A stretch of DNA of 63,732 bases, filler included, from Octopus bimaculoides (GCF_001194135.2; 6 parts of 6 records of this genome joined end to end with filler, not necessarily neighbours in it), one strand, 5' to 3'. Positions 50,411 through 63,732 are shown, counted from the whole stretch's first letter. The notes: a model not told the origin generated them from the sequence alone. Translations and numbers: made by a program.

Positions 50411-51090
50411 CTGGGATACATTAAGAGTTATATGGAGGACTACATTACTGTGTCAATATAAGCCGTTTTGAAATTTTACATGTATATAACTAACAACAGT
50501 TACGGATAGTGCAGAAAATTGGAATTCTAGTCTATTGGACATGAAAAACTTTTATCTTTGAAAACTATTAATAAAATTCTGTTGGTAATGTCGCACACTA
50601 TTAGCATATTCAAAGTTGTATCATTTACATACATTATAAAACGGTATGCTTTAAATCTACTTTGAGTTTTATCTGTAATGTTCCAGTCTTAACTGTATAG
50701 GAGGATGTTTATTCAACATAAAAAGGAATATAATATTTATACTATATTGAAATAAATCTCGTATATTTATATAAAAAGAACAGGTAAAACTGAATGTAAT
50801 ATTACTAGGAGAAGTAATTAGCTGGTTTTTAGCTAAGTAAACCTATTAAGTACTGAATTGTATATGCATGAGTGTATAGACAGAGTGATACTGATGTATT
50901 AAATTTGTCTAGAACTCTATCCATATGATAATTAGATAGATATATTTTCAAATATATTTACAAAAAAGATCAAAAAGCTAATGTATACATAAATCGGAAG
51001 TAAATTACAAAAAAACTATATTAGTTTATGATTAATATTTTAGCTGTCTGCAAGTAGGTGAGAAAAATCTAAACATATTTTATTTTTTAC

Positions 51091-51117
51091 CGAGTGCGTA
51101 TGAGCGGGAGTATACAT
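51091..51117 (-). CDS. Candidate exon 1 of a hypothetical small secreted protein (MYTPAHTHS)
   Basis: ATG at 51117-51115 and phase-0 G|GTAAAA donor at 51090. This is the weakest part of the model. Confidence 0.15.
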
Positions 51118-53303
51118 AACATGGCGTCCAGTTTGCTCATTCTTTGTCATTCATATTTCCTGCGCGTTGAATGGTTTATTCTATTTAGTTAACTAATATT
51201 TTTAAAAGTAAAGTTATATATCAAGTGCTGGATTTCCTGCTTGTATATGAACAGAATGATAGCAATTATATGTTAATAGTTTCAGTTCAGAAGATATTTT
51301 ATAATATTCGAATAATTAGATATACTTTCCCTACATGGATATGTTATGTATCTATGGAATTTTGTGTAATAAAGTCTACCTAAGCATAAATATCAGCTAA
51401 AATCTTTTTTGAGTAAGAACGGAATGAAAATAGTAAATTTTTAAGTGACAAAACATTGCTCTCCACTTGATTATTCCACCCATGTCACAATCAAAGTCTG
51501 CGACGTAAAACTAATATTTTAAGTCCTCAATAGAGCACTCTGTTGAAGGGAGAGCTATAAGGAAATGTTTTTAGATGCAAAGGGATGGGTTTCGAGAATT
51601 GACAGGAAACAATCTTCATAAAATAAAATAAAATAAAATAAGTAAATGATTTATTAATCAATCATATTTTCAATGGACAATGACAATGATTTTGTCCAAA
51701 TATTAGGCTGTACGGCTGCAAAGGAAATTTAATCTAACTGCAAGTTCTACATAGTATTATTTTAAGAAATCACATAAAATTTCTGAATGTTTTCAGTGCT
51801 ATTACCCTTGATAGAATAAGCTGCAATTTTATAAAATAATCTTCAAACCTATATTGTTTAAACCATAGAAGAGACGAACTACGAATGCATTCAACTGAGA
51901 AGAAAAAGGAACCAGGATAGAGTTATGATATTCATGGTGCCTGTGAAAGATATTAGCTTACAGTGATATCATTGTATGGTCCCTACTTGTTAGTAAATAG
52001 AAAATGTCTAAAAAATAATTTCTAACATAGGCATTTGAAATAATATTACAGAAATAAAAAGAGAAAGATGAAAGCCAACACTGTACTTGTCGTGATTTGA
52101 ACTCAGAACGTAATTTGACAGAGCGAATAATGTATGGTGTGTTATCAAAATGCTGTAGTGACTCTCTCAGTCCTTAGGCTTTATTAGAAAATTCAACTAT
52201 AGCAATTGGCTGATACTTTGTTTAATCTATGGCGAAATGATGAAAAGCAAAATGTAAAATGTTACCTGATGATCCAGAGACTTGTGATCATAACGCAAAG
52301 CATTGTATCCCACAATATTTGAGACTGCACACTATTTTGTGGATTGTTCCAGAGCTTTTAAATGGAAAAATTCAATTTGGAGACTTTAATATCATTGATT
52401 GATAATCAATTTGTCTCTTGGCTCCTTGAGCAGTTATGTAATTGTAAATGTGCTGTTAAAGTTCATACATTTAATACTGTGTTTAGCGACCGACGTGCTA
52501 GGGAAATATTCTTACGCTAATCAATCATAACGAACACTAATGAATTCATAAACTTCGGTAACATTTCCGTAGTTATATTAGCAGGCATCATAGTGTGAGT
52601 TGATGAAAATGAAATTACTAATCAGCTTAAACCAATGATAATACAATTGCAACATGTATCTCAGCGCATATCATTTAGCGTGATTCTGCTGAAACACTGC
52701 TGCAATTTTGAAACGAAAGCCTTGTCAATGTTTTCAAATTTCTATGTACATTGATACATACATGAGTGAGTAACTTTCTAGGTAGAAGAAGACATCTTGT
52801 TTAGTTTGGAGTTTGTACCCGTCGTTGAATAAAGCACGATGTGGTATCCACTTGCTCTATCATTGAGTATACGTAAGTAATATAACACCGTTGACTGCAG
52901 CTATGCAGCTGTCGATATATAGAGGTTGCTTGCTGATGAGTTCAGAAATTTTCTCTAATTTCATTAAAGATAACATTTCTATAACGTACACAAATATCAG
53001 CATAACCAGATGGTTGGCCTAATTGGTGGCAATTTCCTTTGTTCGGGACAAATGCGGCCAGAATATATAGGAAATTTAATAATAGGTCACATTCCTGGTG
53101 ATTCTGAAGACAAAGTGTTACTTCAATGACCTTAGTGAGTGTTAAAATCAATATTGGCTTCACTAAACGGACTGTTCTGGACCATCGGCAAATAAAGCAC
53201 CTGAGGAATGTAGCGCGTGAATAGCCGGAATAATGGGGTACATAGATAATAATACATAATAATATGTTTATGGGCGTGTATCCATATATACATGTGCATA
53301 TGC

Positions 53304-53334
<31 letters not shown>

Positions 53335-53350
53335 TGTGAACCACACACAC

Positions 53351-53391
<41 letters not shown>

Positions 53392-54596
53392 CACACACGC
53401 ACACACACACACTCTCTTCATGAAGGGCTTCTCTCCAAAATTGAATGTTTAAAGGTAAATCAAAGAATTTTCATTTATTATACCAAATGTGGCTCATCTC
53501 TACAAATGCTCAGGTATATATATGTGTAGCAATGGGATGTTGTATATTTGTATATACATACATGCACACACACACACATACACGCACACTTATATGTATA
53601 CATGTATGTATGTGTGTGTGTGTGTGTGTGTGTATGTTCATTATATATGTTTACATAGGTAATAAACTTTAAAATATGTATGGATATTAGCGTCAACGCT
53701 CTTATTTAAACTTTAAATTTTGATATATATATATATATATATATANNNNNNNNNNNNNNNNNNNNNNNNNNNNNNNNNNNNNNNNNNNNNNNNNNNNNNN
53801 NNNNNNNNNNNNNNNNNNNNNNNNNNNNNNNNNNNATACATACATATATTTTTTTCTTTTCTTTATTTATTGAAAAAAAATGTTTAATTCGTAAATATTA
53901 TACTAATATTTTTTTTCATGCAGAACTACATTTGATCAAACATTCTCTCCAAAATTGAATGTGCGTAAGAAAAAGGGAGACAGTATATTTTGCATATTGA
54001 ATATAACTCAAACAGGAGAAAAAGACAGAGGAACAAAGAAGGAATGGGGTGAAAAGAGAGAGAGAGCAGAAGAAAAAGAAAAAGACGAAAAGAAAAGAAA
54101 GCGAGGAAGAGGGAAAGAAAGCAAAAAGAGTTTCAGTGATGATCCCACCAAACCCTTTTTTTTTTTTTTGGAAAGGTCATCATCCTTAAACTCATTCCAA
54201 TATAATGGTAAATAACTATCTATCTATCTATCTATCTATCCATCAGCCTCTCTACCTACATATATTTCTCTCCATCTATTTTCATTCTCATGGAACATCA
54301 CCCCCAAAAAGCAAAAACAATGTTCTCTTCTTCTAAACAATCGTCCTTCCAACACGTCTGTTTTATATAAATGAACAAGCTGTTTGTACATGCAAAAAAA
54401 ATTATTTGACAAGTTCGAGAAACAAATGAAAGTGCTAATTATAAGGAAAGAATAAAAAGATTGCTTTAGAAAAATTTTGAAGGCTTTTTTCTCAACACAC
54501 CCATACAAACACACACACACACACACACACACCCACACACACACACACACACATACGTACATACATACATACCTACACACGCACACACACACTCAC

Positions 54597-54630
<34 letters not shown>

Positions 54631-55634
54631 TTATATATATACGTGTATGTATGTCTGCCTGTCTGTATCTATTTATCTATCGATCTATCTACCACACTAT
54701 ATATACATAAACCATGGACCTGTGTGTGTGTATAGGAGCGTGAGTGTGTGTGTCTATGCATTCGTGTTCCCGTTTAGCAGTGGATGTGTGCTTGTTCGAG
54801 TGCTGTGTGCTAGTGTGTATGTACGTGTGTAACCCTATGTGTGCATGTATATTGTGCATATTTCTGTGACAAATTTGTATGTGTTTATGCTCGTTGCGTG
54901 TGTGCGTGTGTGTGTGTGTGTGTATATATTGTCTGTGTTCGGGCTTTTTGTGCACACGCAAACAGAGACACACAGACATACATATATGAGTTTTTTCGTA
55001 TGTCGTATATATATATATAGCTCCAGGTATATCGGAATGAAGTCCATCATGTACGTATACTGTTAACTTGCTAACTGTTTGTTTGTACGTTAACCACAAT
55101 CATTACCAAGTTTACATATATCGCATCAATATGATTTCATTTAATACTTTTCTCTGATTGTATTTGAACATTGGTTACTAATTAAAGATGGAACACCGTG
55201 AAGACTATATAACGCTTTGTTGTATTTCGTGTGTAATTGATCAAACATATAACTTTTATAAAACCCGAATAACAAAAGGCAAAACAAACGATAATGTAAA
55301 GGATTGAGCTATAGTGAGAAACAATATTACTGAAAGTAAAAATAAATTAGAAACAGAATCAAATGAATAGAATATAGCGCGCGCGTTTGTGAGGATATGT
55401 AAAGTATTTCAAGAAATATTTAAGGAAAAGAAAAATAATGTTTGATACAGTGGAATTTTAATAGGTTTGAAACGATTCAATATAATTGATATATAGCCTA
55501 TTGTGATTCTAGATGGATTTCAAAATATACGTTAACGACATTGAATTAAACGTTATGACACAGCACAATAGTCAGCAATTCAGTATTTTCAAAATTATTC
55601 TCCATGAAATGAGATGTAGCACTTAATAACATAC

Positions 55635-55677
<43 letters not shown>

Positions 55678-56224
55678 CATATATATACACATACATACAT
55701 ACATGTATATATATNNNNNNNNNNNNNNNNNNNNNNNNNNNNNNNNNNNNNNNNNNNNNNNNNNNNNNNNNNNNNNNNNNNNNNNNNNNNNNNNNNNNNN
55801 NNNNNNNNNNNNNNNNNNNNNNNNNNNNNNNNNNNNNNNNNNNNNNNNNNNNNNNNNNNNNNNNNNNNNNNNNNNNNNNNNNNNNNNNNNNNNNNNNNNN
55901 NNNNNNTATATATATATATGTTTATATATAATATATATATATATATATATAATTAATCTCTGGGCGAGATATAAACAGTAGCAGCACGACATCGCGAAGT
56001 ATATTTGCCACCTAAATGTGGCTGACCCATAAGGGGCGATGCTACTGTAGTTTATAGCCCCAGGAAGACATCTTCTCCCGCTGGCTATTAACACACTCTT
56101 GGTGCCCTATCAGTATTTGCAAAGAGAAATTATCGTTCCCATCTCCACCCTGACGTGATACACACCGACTATGTGTATGTATATATGTATGTATATATAT
56201 GTATGTATGTATATATTCTTTTAC

Positions 56225-56420
56225 TCTTTTACTCTTTTACTTGTTTCAGTCATTTGACTGCGGCCATGCTGGGGCACCGCCTTCAGTTGAGAAGATCGAC
56301 CCCAGGACTTATTCTTTGTAAGCCTAGTACTTATTCTATCGGTCTCTTTTTGCCGAACCGCTAAGTTACGGAGACGTATACACCAGCATCGGTTGTCAAG
56401 CGAAGTTGGGGGGACAAATG
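56225..56420 (-). mobile_element. SINE family A, 3' half
   Basis: CTTTTACTTGTTTCAGTCATTTGACTGCGGCCATGCTGG..CCCCAGGACTTATTCTTTGTAAGCCTAGTACTTATTCTATCGGTCTC. Confidence 0.9.
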
Positions 56421-57454
56421 CAGACACACAAACATATACACACACAAATACACACACACACGCACACACACACACACANNNNNNNNNNNNNNNNNNNNNN
56501 NNNNNNNNNNNNNNNNNNNNNNNNNNNNNNNNNNNNNNNNNNNNNNNNNNNNNNNNNNNNNNNNNNNNNNNNNNNNNNNNNNNNNNNNNNNNNNNNNNNN
56601 NNNNNNNNNNNNNNNNNNNNNNNNNNNNNNNNNNNNNNNNNNNNNNNNNNNNNNNNNNNNNNNNNNNNNNNNNNNNNNNNNNNNNNNNNNNNNNNNNNNN
56701 NNNNNNNNNNNNNNNNNNNNNNNNNNNNNNNNNNNNNNNNNNNNNNNNNNNNNNNNNNNNNNNNNNNNNNNNNNNNNNNNNNNNNNNNNNNNNNNNNNNN
56801 NNNNNNNNNNNNNNNNNNNNNNNNNNNNNNNNNNNNNNNNNNNNNNNNNNNNNNNNNNNNNNNNNNNNNNNNNNNNNNNNNNNNNNNNNNNNNNNNNNNN
56901 NNNNNNNNNNNNNNNNNNNNNNNNNNNNNNNNNNNNNNNNNNNNNNNNNNNNNNNNNNNNNNNNNNNNNNNNNNNNNNNNNNNNNNNNNNNNNNNNNNNN
57001 NNNNNNNNNNNNNNNNNNNNNNNNNNNNNNNNNNNNNNNNNNNNNNNNNNNNNNNNNNNNNNNNNNNNNNNNNNNNNNNNNNNNNNNNNNNNNNNNNNNN
57101 NNNNNNNNNNNNNNNNNNNNNNNNNNNNNNNNNNNNNNNNNNNNNNNNNNNNNNNNNNNNNNNNNNNNNNNNNNNNNNNNNNNNNNNNNNNNNNNNNNNN
57201 NNNNNNNNNNNNNNNNNNNNNNNNNNNNNNNNNNNNNNNNNNNNNNNNNNNNNNNNNNNNNNNNNNNNNNNNNNNNNNNNNNNNNNNNNNNNNNNNNNNN
57301 NNNNNNNNNNNNNNNNNNNNNNNNNNNNNNNNNNNNNAAGCATTTCTCCCAGCGTGCTAACGTTTCTGCCAGCTAACAACTTCTCTCTCTCTCTCTCTCC
57401 CTCTCTCTCTCACTGCCACTCTCTCTCTCCCTCCCTCTCTTTCTCTCTCACACC

Positions 57455-57518
<64 letters not shown>

Positions 57519-59787
57519 ATGTTTCTATGTATGTGTGTATGTATGTATGTATGTATAGTGTGAGTGTGCGCACGCGCGTTTCTTTTTGATATTCTTTCTC
57601 CTTTGCTGAACTCAAGCTGGTCATTATAAATATGACTAAATTATTTTGTTTAAATAAATTGTATTCTCGGAGTTTATAAGTACATGGATGAAATAATATA
57701 TGCATATGTATGTGTGTTGTGTATAAGTGTGTGCGTGTTTATAAACTTCCACTCGTGGTTGCGCATATTGCAATAAGCACAGGCGCATATGACCCTACAA
57801 AACTGCGTGCGCGAGCATGCGTGTTTGTGCAATTACATGTATTCCATATGCATATATGTGCATGTATATCTGTGTATGTCTGTGAGTATAATACAGAAAG
57901 GGAGACGAAGAGAAATACGTAAAGAGAAATGTGTACCCGAATGCACGCTGTTTAGATAAGGAACAAACAATGGAACTGTCTCGGATGAAAAGAAGAGTAT
58001 AGAAACATTCAAACAATGAGGACACATTGAAATAAATATAATATCAAGTCCATTCTTTTATGTAGGGACTGACTGACAACTACTTTTTCCCAATAAAAAT
58101 ACCAGAGAATAAGTCATAGTGTGAGAATATATATTAATTTCTAAGATTATTTGTTGTGAGCAATATGAATATGATTTTGCTACGTGAATTGGCTTGCTTT
58201 TTAAACTGGAGCGATTTTTCTGCTCATGCTTTAGAAGTATACCCACGAATAACGTAACCTCCGCACGCCAGCTCGCATGTTTTTTTTTCTTTTTTTCTTT
58301 TTTACAGTGTTTTAATCTTTGTATGAAACCTTTCTATATCTTTTCTGCTATGAGTCTTTGTTCCTAGCTTGTGATAATCCCCTCGATTATTAATGTGGTT
58401 TTATCAACTGTATCTGGTGAAAAAAGAAACCAAAATAGATTGATAGTGAGATAATTAAAAATTAAGAACAAAAAGTACTGTCATTGGTTTCCTGTATTAC
58501 CGAGAATTTGTCATTAACATGATGAAAGCTGCAGAGTTACTAATCAGCAACGGCTTTGTTTGATGTACATTTCCGATGTTTGAAAACATTGGTAATAATT
58601 TCAGGTTCTTTGTTCTTTAATGATAGTTTCGGTTAAAAATTAATGTTTGTGATTAAATTCCTATACTGCTATGGCTAAAATTATAAATTAACTGCTAATT
58701 AGGTGATAAAAATAATTAGAAAAAACACTCATAATTAGTGAAGATCGCTTATAATTAATTTCTTCACCACATTCTGGTTCTCTTCCTTTTTTTTTTATTT
58801 TCAAAATTCTAAAGTTTTTTTAGATGATTTTTAAAGTTTTGTATTTCTGACATTTTTTTTTTTTTTATCACCAAGTAAAAAATTTTGCAGAGACAAAGAA
58901 ACAACTTGAATAAAAATGAGATTATCGAAATATTGATTTCCTTTGAATATGAAAACGGGAGGGGAAATTTTATATCTTTGTCAAGGGCCTTCGTGATACA
59001 AATAACTTCTGGCAAATCATGATTAGATCAGACACCATATTATCAGGGGATTATCCCTTTACTGCCCGATGAAAGAACTGATATATCCAAGTTTAGTTGT
59101 TTTTCGATTGAAGGTCATATTGGCTACAAAAATGAGGGTTGGTATTTGTGGAAGGATTTCTGAAATGTGTTTAAAAGAAATGAATAACATTAACTGGGAT
59201 AAATGACCAGAAATATTCTCGTTTTGAATAGAAAACGGTTTACATTTCTGATGTCCATAAAACACCACAAACATAAATGATTTGTTTCGAGCTAGCAAAT
59301 AAAACGATATATAACGTTATACTGATAATAGTTAGGATCAATCTCCTATTAAAGATAATTATATTACTGACAGCAAACACAATACACATTCGTTGCTATT
59401 TATCAGTAACACCTATGTCGATCCTAATCAAACATGCCGAAATGCGTCCGAAACATGACACTCAGTTTTTTTTTGTTTGTTTTGTTTCAAGGTGTACTGT
59501 ATACAGTAATTCATTATCAAACGAAATATTTCTTTTCATAAGGATTAATGTGTATTTGAGAGTAATTTTTGTCATATTACTTGGACTTAGATCTCCCCCG
59601 CTGCCACATAAACATCAATACGGATTATATTTGTACAAAGGTCTTTCAGAGTAAAGTACTAAAAATTCCAATATTTACGTTATGTTTTCAGAATATGATC
59701 AATCATCGTAGATCATACGAAATGGAAAAAAAAGAAAGAAAAAAAGACGAAGAGTTATGTTTAAAACATAAGTGAAATGTTCTTTGA

Positions 59788-59823
<36 letters not shown>

Positions 59824-59933
59824 ACTTACCCTCNNNNNNNNNNNNNNNNNNNNNNNNNNNNNNNNNNNNNNNNNNNNTTAATTAATTAANNNNNNNNNNN
59901 NNNNNNNNNNNNNNNNNNNNNNNNNNNNNNNNN

Positions 59934-60013
<80 letters not shown>

Positions 60014-60035
60014 GTACATATATATAATAGACACA

Positions 60036-60069
<34 letters not shown>

Positions 60070-60271
60070 TGGACATATTGTTGCTGTTTTGTGTGTAGTG
60101 GTGGTGGTATCAGTGAGGTCACAGCTATAAAACCTTCCACCCCTAAGCCTCTGTGCCTCCCTACCCACAGCACAGGTGTAAGCTGCAAGTCTAAGGGAGA
60201 GTAGTTGTAATAGTGTGTGTATGTATGTGTGAGAGAGAGAGAGAGAAGGAGCACATTTATTATCATGTGTA

Positions 60272-60326
<55 letters not shown>

Positions 60327-62156
60327 NNNNNNNNNNTTGTTTACCTAACTTTTCTCATGGTTAAATACACACACACACATACATTCACAAAACAAGGGTT
60401 CCATAAATTAAAAAACACGCCACAGAGTGCAGGACAGTGGTGAAATGTGAGACCCTTTTCTGGGATGAGGGACACCTACTTACCTACTTGTGTACAGACT
60501 TACCTACCTACCTATCAATCAAACTTCCTTCCTCCCTGCCTTCCCACCAAAGTGACTAACTTTCGCTGACAATACAATCTCTTTAAATATATATCATTAC
60601 ATAATACACGGGAACAGGGACGTATTTTGTTTGGGAGAAGGGATGTGGTTGTTTTTAACCCTAGGTTACCAATATTCACCAGATCTATAATCAAAAGCCT
60701 GCCAGTGGCAACCATTTCATATCCTAGTGATATTTAGGACTACATTGTCTAATGCACCCCTTTCTTATTTAATACAATATGGTGTCAAGGGAAAGAGATT
60801 TGGTTGCTATTTTTAACAGGCTAAATGACCACAAAGAGGCTCTCACACTGTGAGCTTATAGTTGGAGGTGGTCCCCATTTTGGAATCAGTCCTACCTCCT
60901 TTCCTTTCTGTAGCCAAGGCACATATTTTATATCTGTGCAGGGAAAAACAGAGAAGAAATAAAGAACAGGTAATACAAACTTTTAATTCTTTCTCACCCC
61001 ACTTTTTGCTCCTCTTACTTCTTACCAAACGATGGGAGCCAACATAAACCTGATACAGGAAAACGGGGTGAGGGCACATTTTTTTAAGAACCTTTCCAAA
61101 TTAGTGTCACACCACTACCTGTTTTCTTGGTTTCTATACTATTTATGGTTTAGAGAGAGGAGGAAGGGCAGCGTCCATGACCTGTTTTTGGCAGAGCCTT
61201 CAGAGGTTAAAGGCAATGGAAACTGTGAATCATGAGTTTGCTGTTACCACTTCAATCCCTGCTAGACGTCAGTGGGTGTAGAGTGGACCTGCCAGCAAAT
61301 AATAAGCTTATCGCAAGGTAGGCAGGTGGGCTTAATTCACTGAGTTATAAATGGTGATAGACTTTTGTCAGAATTCCACTCCTCACATTACATGTACCAC
61401 TCTAACAGACATTTGCATAGGCTAAGGAAAAGGAGCTTGTACAGTTTTTGTCTACCCAATTTCATTCACAAAGCATGGATCAACCCAAGGTTTTAGAAAA
61501 TGATTTTTGCCCAAGATAACATGCAGTGAAATCAAACACTGTGGTTGAATAGCAAACTACTTAACTATTAAGCTATACTACACCTACAGTGTGTGTGGAT
61601 ATTTTCCAACAAAATATTTTGAGTAATGATACACTTCAGGTTAAGTAAAGAAAGCTAAATCTAATTTGAATGAAGATTTCCCTACCTGATAAATATTTAT
61701 GTGTTTTTTAACCACGCATTTTTCTACTAAGTAAGTAATCCAGGTATGTAGTACCTAAAATGTACCTTTCCCTTTACAAAACTTGAAAGGAGAGCAAGTT
61801 TCCTGTTGCACTCAAACACACAGGGGTCACATCCTCTCACAATTTTACAAATTAATACATAACACACAAATAACACAAATTAATTCAGCAAGGATCTTCT
61901 TGTATTCCTTTTTTAATAAATGCCTCCTTCCACTAACACATTCATACACCCACCCACACACCAAATAAAGGTGCTGTGAAATGTGACACAAAACCAAAGA
62001 TTAGGGTCAGTGGAGGGCTCTTCATTCCAACCCAATAGCAAATGTAGTACAATGTGGGGTGTTAGCCTCAGTATAGGCTAGTGAGTGGATATCAACCCCG
62101 TTTTCTGTATGTTACTATTTACATGTACATGTATGTGCATGTGTTTGATAGTCAGC

Positions 62157-62194
<38 letters not shown>

Positions 62195-62319
62195 NNNNNN
62201 NNNNAAGCAACTATAAAGGAACCAAACTACTTGATCAGATTTTGAAGATCACCAAGAGTTACAGCACAACTGATCCATGACATTGTAGACCGAGATGAAA
62301 TATGGTTTGGCTTCGTGCC

Positions 62320-62420
62320 CAGATGAGGTACCAGGCGGATTTTGAACTCAGAACGTAGTGACAGGTGAAACACTGCTAAGCATTTCATCCAGCATGCTAA
62401 AAATTCCACCAGCTTGCTAC
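62320..62420 (-). mobile_element. SINE family B head, CpG-decayed
   Basis: GGCGGATTTTGAACTCAGAACG..ACTGCTAAGCATTTCATCCAGCATGCTAA is the 46085 copy with CpG converted to TpG/CpA. Confidence 0.8.
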
Positions 62421-63490
62421 TTTAACAATAATAACAAGAGCACTCAGAGAGCGCAAACCTCTGCCAAGGTCTATACTGGAAAATTTATCAGGCCAATTTC
62501 AACATGAAACAAGTAGATTATTTGGGCCAGATATGGCCGGTTTAAACACGAAATAGTTAAACCAACTCCCTCTTCTATTCAGTATTCAACTGTTAAATTT
62601 AAAATTATTTTACAAAACCCAGTTTCAAGGTAACACTAAATCGACTTCAGCAAGATTTGAACCCAGAATGTGAAGGGACATATTTGAATAACCAAACACA
62701 ACATATCTCATCTGCCACTATTGATATTGGGTAGTAGTAGTGGTAGTAGTAGTAGTAGTAGTAGTATAGCATTAATTGGTTCAGCTAACAATTTGTTCCA
62801 GTAAGAATACACAAGTTCAATGAAGCCTAAGAAAAATATACAAACGCATACAAAATATATATTTTTTTTAAATGGTGATTCGAATAAAATCAAAAACTTA
62901 TAAAAGATGCACTTAAACATGTTGAAATAATATCTTTACAAAGTAAAACATAAAAGATATGTAACAAAGGACAGTTTATACCAACAATATACATGAAAGT
63001 ACGTGCGTGTGTGTGTGTGTGTCTGATGTCCTATTACCGGTCTTGTGAAGATTAAATCAGCAACCATGAACATTTACGAAGATAAAATACGAAGATAAAA
63101 TACGATGACAGCGTGACATGCTATACATTTCTTTTTTTTTTTCAGAAGTGAACTAAAGGAAATAACTCGAGTGAACAAATAGTATGAATTTAAATGGTCT
63201 CCAAAGTTTAGAAAATCTAATTTGCATTCAGTTAAAAAGGAGAAATTCTTTTCAAAATTTTTTGTATAAATACTTCTTTCCTTTTGCATTGTGTATTTTA
63301 GTTTTCTTTTAAACCTTTTCATAATAACCTGCCCGAGACCAATCCAGGTTGCATGATATAAAGTGCCGGCTTTAAAGTAACCTAAATTAAAAATCAAAAC
63401 GTTTCCTGCAAAATTTCATGTTGAATTGGTTCAAGCACCTGCTTAATATGAACCGTGTTATTTTACTAAATCGTTAATTATTTTCAAAAT

Positions 63491-63652
63491 TGGTGGCACG
63501 TAAAAGCACCCACTACACTTTCGGAGTGGTTGGCGTTAGGAAGGGCATCCAGCTGTAGAAACTCTGCCAGATCAGATTGGAGCCTGGTGCAACCTCAGTC
63601 AAATCGTCCAACCCATGCTAGCATGGAAAGCGGACGTTAAACAATGATGATG
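63491..63652 (+). mobile_element. SINE 3' region with RTE-like tail ending in (GAT)n
   Basis: GGTTGGCGTTAGGAAGGGCATCCAGC..CCAACCCATGCTAGCATGGAAAGCGGACGTTAAACAATGATGATG. The reverse complement of this tail also occurs at about 20245-20300. Confidence 0.8.
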
Positions 63653-63689
63653 AATTGAAATAAAGGCAAAGGTGGTAAAAGAATTATAT

Positions 63690-63732
<43 letters not shown>

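Noticed and set aside
52942-53270. Peptide-like frames (e.g. QMVGLIGGNFLCSGQMRPEYIG) resembling a trypsin N-terminus
   Set aside because: No TAAHC/GDSGG motifs, multiple stops and no convincing splice sites.

Overview
AT-rich, gap-ridden eukaryotic genomic DNA. The SINE and microsatellite repertoire looks cephalopod, most likely Octopus; this is inferred from recalled SINE consensus motifs, not from a search. Most of the window is non-coding: di-, tri- and tetranucleotide microsatellites, several tRNA-headed SINE families, decayed LINE fragments (R4/Dong-like, Tx1-like, CR1-group, possibly Penelope-like), Tc1/mariner and hAT-type DNA transposon remnants, and N gaps. Five gaps carry an artificial N44-TTAATTAATTAA-N44 linker. 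Almost all ORFs in the supplied track are artefacts of repeats or gaps. I found no rRNA, no CRISPR array and no gene I can name with confidence. The most interesting non-repeat signals are: a phase-consistent, stop-free 4-exon minus-strand gene model (51117-49652) for a small protein with a signal-peptide-like N-terminus; an orphan exon-like segment encoding a CCCH zinc finger with two ligands substituted (29137-29230); a tRNA-Leu(CAA) copy fused to a SINE tail (43770-43916); and a CpG-depleted domain at about 60.3-63 kb that suggests germline methylation. All are hypotheses needing RNA or homology checks. I did not find convincing evidence of a novel multi-gene system.
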